This document shows positions 28,496-37,456 of a DNA stretch of 64,000 nt, one piece after another. Each line of letters begins with the position of its first letter. Position 1 is the stretch's first letter. Where the stretch lies: positions 62,001-126,000 of the IMG/VR virus record IMGVR_UViG_3300025133_009608. The stretch is one strand, 5' to 3'. The notes below the pieces were generated by a model, which saw only the letters and a program-made list of their open reading frames with translations, had not been told where the DNA came from and ran no database searches. Position numbers and translations under genes: made by a program.

Positions 28496-31400
28496 TTAAG
28501 TTGCAGTAAAGTCAAGGAAAACAATCGGGCTCCACTCTCCATCGTTATCCATCACTCTTAATGTTATACGATAAACGCCCGGGATATCTGCTATAAACTT
28601 CCTATCTACTCCTCCGTTTATGGAAGAGAATACAGGAGATGACCCCGGAGGTTGCTGAGTTATGCTCCAATCGTACGCCGCCAGCGAACCATCTGGATCA
28701 AACGAGTTGGATCCTAGAAAATATACAAGAGCGCCGGTTTGACCGATGCTTGGCCCCGTTATATCTGCGGTAGGAGCCTGATTTGGAGAGGCAACAACAA
28801 ATGTTCGCACATCAAACGCTGTAGCTCCATCGTCATCAGTGACTGTAAGTCTTACAGTATAAGTTCCTATCGTATCTGTTATGAATGATGTATCCTCTGT
28901 GTTTGGAGAAGTAAACGATGCAGTTGCCCCCTGAGGCTCTGAGTCTATCGTCCATGCGTAAACTGCAATAACTCCATCGACATCAGCCGCTGTAGCTGCA
29001 ATATCTATATTTTGACCAGGTCCAGTTTCAAGAACACCAGAAACTGCATCAACTGTGACGGTAGGAGCCTGATTTGGAGAGGCAACAACAAATGTTCGCA
29101 CATCAAACGCTGTAGCTCCATCGTCATCAGTGACTGTAAGTCTTACAGTATAAGTTCCTATCGTATCTGTTATGAATGATGTATCCTCTGTGTTTGGAGA
29201 AGTAAACGATGCAGTTGCCCCCTGAGGCTCTGAGTCTATCGTCCATGCGTAAACTGCAATAACTCCATCGACATCAGCCGCTGTAGCTGCAATATCTATA
29301 TTTTGACCAGGTCCAGTTTCAAGAACACCAGAAACTGCATCAACTGTGACGGTAGGAGCCTGATTAAGAGCTATGACTCCGAAAGTGGCAATTGACTCCA
29401 AGCTATTCAGGGTGCCGTCAGAAACCGTAAGCCCAACCTCTACATTGGATCCTCCGATGGCGGCAGTGTTTACTACAAACGAAGAAACATTTCCTGGATC
29501 TGGCTGGGCAACTCCGTCGATGCTAAGCGTCCATATATACGTTATATCATCTCCATCTGGATCCGATGATCCTGACCCGTTTATGCTTACATTCGTATCA
29601 TCATTTACCACCCCTCCGCTGTCTAATTGCGTCTGCTCTCCTTCGTGTGTCATGTGAAGCTTGGAAGATGGTGGGCTATTTTCTTGCTGCTGATTCTGCT
29701 GGCCCTCTTCCGCCGGCGTATCCCAAATCCAGAGAAGCCTCGCCCCAATCAATGCAATGGCATCTGCCACCGGATTCTCATCCACGCCCTGCGCTGTGCC
29801 AAAGTATCCGCCCGCTGCCGCTCCGGTAACAACGGTTGTAAAAGTGCATAATCCACCATTAATTTTTGACAAGTCTATCTTGAGCGGAGAAAAATCACTA
29901 ACAACAAGGGTTCCATTGACAACTCCTGGATACGAATGAATGTTTCGCATGATTGTCGTAGAACTATGTTGGCCACTATTTAGACCGCTCCAAATGAGCT
30001 CTCCATCCTGATACTCAAGCATTGGCGCATTAAGCGGTCCCACAGGCCTCATACACAAAAGATCTACATTAAAATTCGCAGAAGTACCCTGAACGCCCTC
30101 TGCTAGCAAAAAGTATAGCGTCACTCGGCACGATGACGGTGGATCATCTGGAAATCCAGATACTGCGTCTAGATAGCCGGGCAAGGAGGCCTGATGAGAC
30201 CCCACTATTGATGCGCCAACTCCAGCGCTCAAGTCGCCATTCAGAGGAATGGCAGTAGTTAAATTAAACATGGGTATGGGCCAAACCCCGCCCATGCCGA
30301 AGCTTACCTGTGAACTATCCCTCAGTATCCTAATGGTATTCCCGACCAGGCCTGGGTTATTATTATTTGCAAAGTCTGGAACATAAAACACATATGGAGC
30401 AAACCTGTGCCTGTACGCCATTTGATCATAAGTGGCGACATCCGCAGGGTCCCAGTCTTGCGCATCTTTAAAGTCTGGATCTCCAAACTTCTGAACCCAA
30501 TCAGCCGTACTAGTCCACTGAGAAAAAAACTTAACCTCAGACTCGCCGCCGCCCGCCGCATCTCCCGGCCCCCATACATACCCATCCCAAATCAGGACAT
30601 CTCCGCTACCTGCAAGTCCTGGCGGGTCATTAACGTTATTTAGATCATCAAGATCTGCATTTAACAATATAGAAACAGTATCAGTTGCCGCATTTCCGGC
30701 TATTTCAATTCCAGTTCCAGCGTCTAATGTTAATGTATCTGACGATGCATCAGCGATAATCGGCCCTCCAGAGGCCACTCCAAAGCTGTCATCCACAATA
30801 TTTATATTGCTAAATAAGTTCTGGACCCCAAGCGTTGGATCTGTATATATATTTCCAGAACCATCCACAACGATTGCGGCGCCGGCTCCGAGTTGAATAT
30901 TTTCAATTTTAACTGGAGAGTCGATGCCATCGCCGACGATATGCAGCCTTCTGTTCGGGCTGCTTGTTCCAATTCCAACTAGCCCTTCTGAGTTTATCTT
31001 TATTCCAGACTGCCCTCCTCCGGTTATCGTTCCGTGAACATCTATGTTTCCGCCGAGCATCTCTGTTAGTGTAATATCGTCTAGAACAAACCCCTCCGAG
31101 AGATCTCCGGACGAAACTCTTATTTTGAATATAGATGGTATTTCATTAGACTTAAACTCAACCGAATGGCTCCCGTTTTCCAAAGAAAGAGTGATATTGT
31201 CACTCGCGATATCATTGGTAAGCTCTGCAGAAATGGTTCCATAATTTACAAAATTGGAAACACTATAGTTTAAAATGTACCATCTATTGGGAGTCACAGA
31301 GGAAGATATGTCCTGCGACAGCTCGCCTCCTGCGGCATCGTGTGAATATATTGCATATTCCGATCCCACATCAACCATGAACCCATTCGTGCCGAGCCAA

Positions 31401-31999
31401 TCGGGAGCCCCTCCTGCAAAGTCTCCATCACTAACTATAGATGAGCCCGAGAGCGAGTCGCTATATGCCTGAATGTCACCACGAACAGATAATGCATAAT
31501 CATCATTTTGGTCCATATTTTGAACCCTTATGCCAACACTCTTCGCGGAATATCTGTATACAAATCCACTATTCGCACCAAAACTTCCCATTTCATTAAA
31601 CTGAACCTGGGTGTCCTCTCCCGCTGCCGATGCTTCAAATCCAGAAAGATCCAGATAATAACACCTTTCTCCTTCTACTATTTCATAAATCGGAATAGCC
31701 TTATCTATCTCGGACTCGGGATAGCATTGGATATTTCTAGCATGAACTGCACCATCGCCTAGATTTATATTCTTCAACTGAGAAGTAACATGACTTTCTA
31801 GGTTAATCTTTTGGGCGTGGCCATCCATATGTTGGCCATCATGGATGTGGCCGGATACTTGCGGGTCATCTGGCTCCAGTAAATCTCCGGCAATAGTCGA
31901 GTGTAATCCCCCAAACAATGAGTTTGCGAACTCGCTCGTTACAATAACCCTACCAGAATCATAAAATGAGGTTAATTTATCGTTACTATCTATTGCCAC
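28496..31999 (-). CDS. Tail fibre / adhesin-like protein with C-terminal PKD/Ig-like repeats
   Basis: GLVGIGTSSPNRRLHIVG fibre motif; four Ig/PKD-like modules (SINGSGSSDPDGDDITYIWT, NQAPT...GTYTVRLTVTDDDGA); N-terminus paralogous to the 32009 gene. Confidence 0.7.
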   Translation of the reverse strand: MAIDSNDKLTSFYDSGRVIVTSEFANSLFGGLHSTIAGDLLEPDDPQVSGHIHDGQHMDGHAQKINLESHVTSQLKNINLGDGAVHARNIQCYPESEIDKAIPIYEIVEGERCYYLDLSGFEASAAGEDTQVQFNEMGSFGANSGFVYRYSAKSVGIRVQNMDQNDDYALSVRGDIQAYSDSLSGSSIVSDGDFAGGAPDWLGTNGFMVDVGSEYAIYSHDAAGGELSQDISSSVTPNRWYILNYSVSNFVNYGTISAELTNDIASDNITLSLENGSHSVEFKSNEIPSIFKIRVSSGDLSEGFVLDDITLTEMLGGNIDVHGTITGGGQSGIKINSEGLVGIGTSSPNRRLHIVGDGIDSPVKIENIQLGAGAAIVVDGSGNIYTDPTLGVQNLFSNINIVDDSFGVASGGPIIADASSDTLTLDAGTGIEIAGNAATDTVSILLNADLDDLNNVNDPPGLAGSGDVLIWDGYVWGPGDAAGGGESEVKFFSQWTSTADWVQKFGDPDFKDAQDWDPADVATYDQMAYRHRFAPYVFYVPDFANNNNPGLVGNTIRILRDSSQVSFGMGGVWPIPMFNLTTAIPLNGDLSAGVGASIVGSHQASLPGYLDAVSGFPDDPPSSCRVTLYFLLAEGVQGTSANFNVDLLCMRPVGPLNAPMLEYQDGELIWSGLNSGQHSSTTIMRNIHSYPGVVNGTLVVSDFSPLKIDLSKINGGLCTFTTVVTGAAAGGYFGTAQGVDENPVADAIALIGARLLWIWDTPAEEGQQNQQQENSPPSSKLHMTHEGEQTQLDSGGVVNDDTNVSINGSGSSDPDGDDITYIWTLSIDGVAQPDPGNVSSFVVNTAAIGGSNVEVGLTVSDGTLNSLESIATFGVIALNQAPTVTVDAVSGVLETGPGQNIDIAATAADVDGVIAVYAWTIDSEPQGATASFTSPNTEDTSFITDTIGTYTVRLTVTDDDGATAFDVRTFVVASPNQAPTVTVDAVSGVLETGPGQNIDIAATAADVDGVIAVYAWTIDSEPQGATASFTSPNTEDTSFITDTIGTYTVRLTVTDDDGATAFDVRTFVVASPNQAPTADITGPSIGQTGALVYFLGSNSFDPDGSLAAYDWSITQQPPGSSPVFSSINGGVDRKFIADIPGVYRITLRVMDNDGEWSPIVFLDFTAT
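28768..29365. repeat. Perfect 291-bp tandem duplication (97-aa Ig/PKD module x2, plus the start of a third)
   Basis: Units 28768-29058 and 29059-29349 read identical base for base; CGGTAGGAGCCTGATT recurs at 29350. Confidence 0.95.
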
Positions 32000-32008
32000 T
32001 TTTTCATC

Positions 32009-34342
32009 CTAAGGAGTGCCGTCCCAGTAGAACCTGTTCTCAACCAGCTCAATCTCAACCACCGTAGAGGTCCACTGAAAATTGGTAGTTTGGTTTTCTG
32101 TGATATCAAATCTAATTTTATTGTCTAGTGGATTCAATGGTCCAATTCCCAAAACAGCACTACTTGAAGTTATGCCTATCTTTACGTCTCCAATCACAGC
32201 GATGGTTGGATCCGCAGATGTATCCATTGACAACCCGGGACGTGATGCGATTGATGCAACCTGTCCAAACATGGCCGCCAAGTTCCCCGGACCCCCCCCT
32301 GGAGAAACTCTCTTTAAAAATACTCCAGCTACTTCAAACGAAACAGACTCCTGTCCCCCGACAGACCAGTCGTATCCTGTCATGATGCCTCTGAGCTTAA
32401 ATGACATTGACGTTCCGAGTCCCACAAAAATGGTGTTTGCCCCGCCAAAGCCGTCCAGGGCAAGCGCATAATACTGGTGAGACCCGAGCAGACCAGGAGT
32501 ACTTGACCCATAACCCCACCTTCCAGATAAAATAACAGAAGATGCTTGCGCGGATCCGCGGCCACCCTCTGTATCTATATACTGACTTCCTCCGGGGAAC
32601 GGAGAAAATGGCGCTGAAGATCTTGACGACTGGCCGTGCATAAACGAATGAGCGCCATCTCCAGATGCGGAGGCAAAGTTGGCAGATATTACTTCAGAGT
32701 TAAATCCGCCACTTATATGCGCCCCGCTCGAAAAGGCTATTTTATTTCCCTTTCCGCCGGATATAGTAGAGTATTCAGACTGATCGTTTGCCCAGTTATC
32801 TTCCCCGCCCCCTATAGTTGAGCCATGAGAAAACTCTACAATAGTATTGTTCTTTCCTCCACCTATGGTTGCAATGTTCGAATCTTTTATTTCAGATATA
32901 TATCCACCAGATATCACCGAGTATTCGGAGTTATCAAATATTTTATTTTGAAACCCACCGGATATAGCGCCATATCGATCTTTTATCAGGTTCCCTTCTC
33001 CGCCGAGAATCGCCGAAAAACTTCCATCTATATCTATTTTATTCTCACACCCACCGGAAATAACTGCCATATCAGACAGCTCTATGTGATTTCCATATCC
33101 AGCGCCAATAAATGAACTTTGAGGAGGAGATCCGATAGTCCCGCTGGTTGGAATGACCGGAACCGCAGAGTAGGATCCGACGACAATGTTCGATACACCC
33201 CCGACTATCGCCGAATTGTTTATATCTAATACTTGATTTGAGATGCCACCTCCAATAATAGAGGTATGGGCGGGCCTCCCGGAGACTCCCATGATATTTG
33301 AAGTCCCACCAAAAATGGATGATGCTGAGCTGTCTGTAATTGAATTTGCAATTCCACCAGATAATGCTGATACTGGACTTTTAAATATAGAGTTGTTTGT
33401 ACCCGCCCCCAGGAACGAGCCTTGGGACGAAGATCCTATTGCATTTTGAGCCCCGCCGCATATAGATGACGCGACCGAGCTTATAATGCTCTGATTTTCT
33501 CCTGATAAAATTCCAGAATCCGAAGAGGCTCCATCTATGGAGTTTTTATGTCCGCCGCAGACCGAGGATTGATCGGCAAGTGACTCGTTCTGGACTCCGG
33601 ATGAAAACGACCCAGCTCCAGTGGAAACATTATCTTGACCAAAAGATACCGAATAAGCACCCCTATTTGGCTCATCCCAGTGAGTGCCCGATGCAGACCC
33701 GGCGCGGAATGCCGCCTGACTTCTATCGAATAAAAATCGATTATCTCCATCTCCATCGGCGGTTGAGTGGCCCATTCCATGCATGTCATCCAATGATGAT
33801 GACCCAAATACAAAGTCGAGCCCAGAAGATGTATGGTTTTCGTTTCCATGCTGAATCAGCGGAACGGCAGAAACTCCAAGCGCTGGGTCGGGGTTTAGGC
33901 TCAAATCATCGGCCGTAGAATAGCCAACCGGCATATCTGTATCCCCGGGTAAATATCCAGTTTCTTTAAATGTAAAATCATCCCTAATGACAGATAAATC
34001 TAGGTAATACCATGGACGCCCATCGTCTCCGATTATGTACTCTGGAATTGCATCTGCAACATCCAGTGATGTCCAAACATTCTGAACATGAACCGCCTCA
34101 TCTTCTAGGTTTTGATGCTCTAGCTTTGAAGTTACATGATCTTTTAAGTTTACTTTTTGGGCATGTCCGTCGGCAGCAAGTCCGTCATGGGCGTGGCCTA
34201 TATTCTTTGCGTCGTCCTCCGGTAAAAGGTCGCCCTCTATGCTTCCGGATAGGCCGCCATAAATAGAATTAGCAAAATCACTAGTAACAACTGTACTAGC
34301 AGATTCAAATTTTGTTAATTTGCTGTCGCTTTTTATGGCCAT
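32009..34342 (-). CDS. Tail fibre-like protein with many GG..N..I.....S.I Gly-rich beta-helix repeats
   Basis: Repeated ISGG..N.I / ICGG..N units, LDFVFGSSSLDD, FLFDRSQAAFRAG; shares its N-terminal domain with the 28496 gene. Confidence 0.7.
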   Translation of the reverse strand: MAIKSDSKLTKFESASTVVTSDFANSIYGGLSGSIEGDLLPEDDAKNIGHAHDGLAADGHAQKVNLKDHVTSKLEHQNLEDEAVHVQNVWTSLDVADAIPEYIIGDDGRPWYYLDLSVIRDDFTFKETGYLPGDTDMPVGYSTADDLSLNPDPALGVSAVPLIQHGNENHTSSGLDFVFGSSSLDDMHGMGHSTADGDGDNRFLFDRSQAAFRAGSASGTHWDEPNRGAYSVSFGQDNVSTGAGSFSSGVQNESLADQSSVCGGHKNSIDGASSDSGILSGENQSIISSVASSICGGAQNAIGSSSQGSFLGAGTNNSIFKSPVSALSGGIANSITDSSASSIFGGTSNIMGVSGRPAHTSIIGGGISNQVLDINNSAIVGGVSNIVVGSYSAVPVIPTSGTIGSPPQSSFIGAGYGNHIELSDMAVISGGCENKIDIDGSFSAILGGEGNLIKDRYGAISGGFQNKIFDNSEYSVISGGYISEIKDSNIATIGGGKNNTIVEFSHGSTIGGGEDNWANDQSEYSTISGGKGNKIAFSSGAHISGGFNSEVISANFASASGDGAHSFMHGQSSRSSAPFSPFPGGSQYIDTEGGRGSAQASSVILSGRWGYGSSTPGLLGSHQYYALALDGFGGANTIFVGLGTSMSFKLRGIMTGYDWSVGGQESVSFEVAGVFLKRVSPGGGPGNLAAMFGQVASIASRPGLSMDTSADPTIAVIGDVKIGITSSSAVLGIGPLNPLDNKIRFDITENQTTNFQWTSTVVEIELVENRFYWDGTP

Positions 34343-34356
34343 AATACAAACCCAAT

Positions 34357-34641
34357 CTAAGTTATTTCTTTAAAGTGCTTCTTTAATTTATTGCTAACCT
34401 TAAACTTAACGGATTTATACGGATCTAAAATCATTTCCTCTTGAGTCTTGGGATTTCTTACGGGCCGTGGTGCGTGCTCATATAAATAGAACTTTCCAAA
34501 GCCTACTATTGAGACCTCTCCGTCACTCTCGAGGGAGTCGACTATGGAATCAAATAAAATTTCAACAACTTGTGCGGCTTCCCTTTGAGAGAGAAGCGTG
34601 CTTTTCGCGACCTTCTTAATTAATTCTTTTTTATTAATCAT
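34357..34641 (-). CDS. hup: HU/IHF-family DNA-binding protein
   Basis: NKKELIKKVA, VSIVGFGKF, RPVRNPKTQEEM, VKFK.S.KLK. Confidence 0.92.
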   Translation of the reverse strand: MINKKELIKKVAKSTLLSQREAAQVVEILFDSIVDSLESDGEVSIVGFGKFYLYEHAPRPVRNPKTQEEMILDPYKSVKFKVSNKLKKHFKEIT

Positions 34642-34663
34642 TAAATAATCCTAACTTAGCCTA

Positions 34664-34685
34664 AGCGCATGCGTACGTGTGCGCT
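34664..34685. promoter_or_regulatory. 22-bp imperfect palindrome upstream of the HU gene
   Basis: AGCGCATGCGT|ACGTGTGCGCT, GC-rich within an AT-rich intergenic gap. Confidence 0.35.
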
Positions 34686-34714
34686 ATAGCAAAAAATATT
34701 AATAGTATTGACTA

Positions 34715-34921
34715 TCAATAAAGTATGTCATCTGAACCTATATCATTCACCTTTGATTTGGCCAAATCTTCTTTCATCTTTTCCGGATTGGAAATATAAT
34801 GCCGAACAATCCTGCCCAGCTCTTCCTCGAACATGTTCTCGGTATCTATTCCAAAATTCTTATAGAGAGTTTCTACCTTTTTCTTAACCCTCTCTACCTC
34901 TTTCTCCGAAAGCTTTGACAT
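34715..34921 (-). CDS. Hypothetical protein
   Basis: 68-aa co-oriented ORF. Confidence 0.5.
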   Translation of the reverse strand: MSKLSEKEVERVKKKVETLYKNFGIDTENMFEEELGRIVRHYISNPEKMKEDLAKSKVNDIGSDDILY

Positions 34922-34924
34922 TTT

Positions 34925-35311
34925 TTAACTACTCAATACCTCGCTGGATCTTGTGCAAATTGACTCGCAAACAGTTACCATTTTTTCAAATGGCATTTTT
35001 TGTTTCATTACATTTACGCAATATATACACCACACAATATTACCAGGAATATATCCAAGACTAGAGTCCTTACGATCTAGAGTCATCTTAAATGGATCAT
35101 GAGTAACACTTTCATCTTCTTTTACAATATTCATTTTAATTCCAGAATAAAAACACTTTCCATCTTGGGCTTCAAATAACTCTCTTATTTCTTTTAATGT
35201 TATTTCAAACCTCATATTTGACCTCTTAGCTCTCTTTTTTGCACTCCTTAGTGAGTTGCCAAAATTAAACCCAGGGCGAGCCAAACATCTTTCTCTCCAA
35301 GTTCTGGTCAT
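34925..35311 (-). CDS. HNH-like (His-Me finger) endonuclease-family protein
   Basis: QDGKCFYSG...MTLDRKDSSLGYIPGNIVWC...VNVMK, a common phage pattern. Confidence 0.6.
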   Translation of the reverse strand: MTRTWRERCLARPGFNFGNSLRSAKKRAKRSNMRFEITLKEIRELFEAQDGKCFYSGIKMNIVKEDESVTHDPFKMTLDRKDSSLGYIPGNIVWCIYCVNVMKQKMPFEKMVTVCESICTRSSEVLSS

Positions 35312-35321
35312 TAGAACCTCT

Positions 35322-35570
35322 CTATTGTTTGTTATTTAGGACGTTAACCATTACTTTCTTTCCACGCTTCGCTCCGGCTGCCTTTGCCACCGTTCTAATT
35401 GCAGTTGCAATCCTTCCCTGCTTTCCGATAACCTTTCCTACGTCGTCTGCGTGAACTTTTATTTCAAACGTGGGACCCTTATCTGTATCCTCTAGTGATA
35501 CTTGAACATCATCTTCTGCGTCAACGATTCCCTTAACCATTGTTTCAATTAATACCTGTAAAGACTCCAT
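35322..35570 (-). CDS. khpA: KH-domain RNA-binding protein KhpA (UPF0109/YlqC family)
   Basis: LIETMVKGIVDAEDDVQV...IKVHADDVGKVIGKQGRIATAIRTV with an intact GxxG loop; 82 aa. Confidence 0.88.
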   Translation of the reverse strand: MESLQVLIETMVKGIVDAEDDVQVSLEDTDKGPTFEIKVHADDVGKVIGKQGRIATAIRTVAKAAGAKRGKKVMVNVLNNKQ

Positions 35571-35571
35571 T

Positions 35572-36108
35572 TTATTTCTCCGTAATCTTTATGTTTGTTG
35601 TATGAGCCGGCTCCGAATGTGGAACTATCAACTCTAGTAATCCATTTTTCATTACCGCCCTTGCCTTGGCGGGGTCAAATGCTGGACTCATAAAAAACTT
35701 TGCCTTAAAACTTCTTCTGGCAATCCCTCTTACGATCATCCCCTGCTGTATTTGTAGGTTTGGATTTTTCGCAGGGTAATCATCCGAAGTCTCGTCGAGA
35801 TCGGCTTCTTCGGCCAAAACTTCGGGCTCCTTCAGTTCAGACCTTACTCCACTACCTGATACAAACAGCTCTCTTCCAGAGGCCTCTATTCGTATATCCT
35901 CTGGGGAATATCCGGCAAGTGCGAAGGCCATATGAAAGCCGTCGGCATCACACCACTGATCTGATTTCGGAAACCTTCCCGAAGTTGACGCCTTCTTAAG
36001 AGAAGAAACCTCTCTATAAAAGGAATCATCGGACCACAATAAGTCCATTATTCTTCCTGGAATGGAAACTCTATTTAACAAGTCCTTCATATTATTGGCT
36101 CCGCTCAT
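35572..36108 (-). CDS. Small heat-shock protein (Hsp20/alpha-crystallin family)
   Basis: FALAGYSPEDIRIE...LFVSG, RGIARRSFK..F, A.MKNGLLELIVP. Confidence 0.85.
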   Translation of the reverse strand: MSGANNMKDLLNRVSIPGRIMDLLWSDDSFYREVSSLKKASTSGRFPKSDQWCDADGFHMAFALAGYSPEDIRIEASGRELFVSGSGVRSELKEPEVLAEEADLDETSDDYPAKNPNLQIQQGMIVRGIARRSFKAKFFMSPAFDPAKARAVMKNGLLELIVPHSEPAHTTNIKITEK

Positions 36109-36403
36109 CTTCAGTCATTAATTCCACGTACTCACTCACGGACATGAGTGCAAATACTACATTTGATATGATCCAACTAAGAAGACTTGTAGAAAATGCA
36201 GCCTCAAAAATTGGAACGCCCACTATGAATGCCGCTATTGCGCCCACCCATACTCCGGAACACATAGGGCATTGAATTAGGTATCCTATCCTTTCTGATT
36301 TTGATCCAATATACTCCCTAACCGGAAGTATTAAGTCACTAATCGTAAGAACGATTGTGAACCCAACTGTCGACAGAAAAAATATTACCCAATCGCTACC
36401 CAT
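36092..36403 (-). CDS. Small membrane protein (DUF1360-like)
   Basis: Hydrophobic helices flanking LIQCPMCSGVWVG. Confidence 0.5.
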   Translation of the reverse strand: MGSDWVIFFLSTVGFTIVLTISDLILPVREYIGSKSERIGYLIQCPMCSGVWVGAIAAFIVGVPIFEAAFSTSLLSWIISNVVFALMSVSEYVELMTEDERSQ

Positions 36404-36423
36404 GTATTGCTCCTTGCATAACT

Positions 36424-36452
36424 GTTATACTCGAATAACATATAAATATCAA
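36424..36452 (-). promoter_or_regulatory. Sigma-70-type promoter TTGATA-N17-TATAAC
   Basis: Minus strand TTGATA TTTATATGTTATTCGAG TATAAC, about 20 nt upstream of the 36403 start. Confidence 0.55.
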
Positions 36453-37456
36453 TCTATTTTAATATTATGCTCTTCTCCTATGGCCCCTCTCATCTGTTGG
36501 GCGATCCACTGATGTTCTATCTGTGCGTGCGTAGAATCTTTCAAATTAAGATATCCCTTAAAATCATCTATATAAAAGGAAATATATAACTCGGTTATTC
36601 GCCCTTCTGGTAAAATGTATCGAGCAACCTCTCTTAATCTTTTATGTTCATCATTTGATATTATCCCATCTTTTTTTGCAATCCTCGATGACTTCATTAA
36701 TCTAAGGTATTCTTCGAAAACAGCCGCTACTGATGATCGGTATATATCAAGCATTATAGAACTACATGCAGAATCTCCAATAGTATGTCCCATTACCTTT
36801 CCGAATATTTCTGATGTATCATCAAATTTGCTAATAAAATCCTGCGGGACTATTCCGATCCTCTCGCTCGTCATATTTGCAGAACAAGTGCTATGTCCTA
36901 GGATCTGAATGGCTATTGAAAGTGGACACTTTATTCTCCAAGTTGCCCTACTTTGAGATTCAGAGCCAGCATCATGATATGAAACAAGCTCCACTTCCAT
37001 ATTGTGTTCTCCGAGCCTCTCACTTGCGTCAATTTGATTGTCAACTTTTTGCCCAAAAAGATCAAACTTTTCGACCTTTGCAGCAAGGGCTGGCGAATCT
37101 TCGACGAAAAGTTGCCACGCCGAAAGGCTACTATGCCCACCCTTTCTTTCGGATAATAGCGAGGTCTTTGCGAAGTTCCATAGATCCATTGTCATGGTAT
37201 AGACTCCTCCGGTCAGCTCTACTCTTGAAAACTTATTATGCAAGTAGCTATCCATGCCCACCACGGCTTCGTCTCGGCCCCATGAAAACGTCATGGTTAC
37301 GGACTCAAAGGGAGATGTATGAAGATTTTCAATAAGAAAATCAATTACTTCGTCAACCTCGTCGTCTGTTCTTTCTCCCGCCCTTGTCTCACCTGGGACT
37401 GATATCCATGCAGAGTTGGCAACATCTGTCAGATTTCCAGTTATTTTCAAATTCAC
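36449..37456 (-). CDS. ThyX (flavin-dependent thymidylate synthase)-like protein with degenerate active-site motif
   Basis: LHTSPFES, IKCPLSIAIQILGHSTCSANMTSERI (canonical ARQxxRHRxxSxNxxSxRY), EVARYILP and LNLKDSTHAQIE. Confidence 0.75.
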   Translation of the reverse strand: MNLKITGNLTDVANSAWISVPGETRAGERTDDEVDEVIDFLIENLHTSPFESVTMTFSWGRDEAVVGMDSYLHNKFSRVELTGGVYTMTMDLWNFAKTSLLSERKGGHSSLSAWQLFVEDSPALAAKVEKFDLFGQKVDNQIDASERLGEHNMEVELVSYHDAGSESQSRATWRIKCPLSIAIQILGHSTCSANMTSERIGIVPQDFISKFDDTSEIFGKVMGHTIGDSACSSIMLDIYRSSVAAVFEEYLRLMKSSRIAKKDGIISNDEHKRLREVARYILPEGRITELYISFYIDDFKGYLNLKDSTHAQIEHQWIAQQMRGAIGEEHNIKID

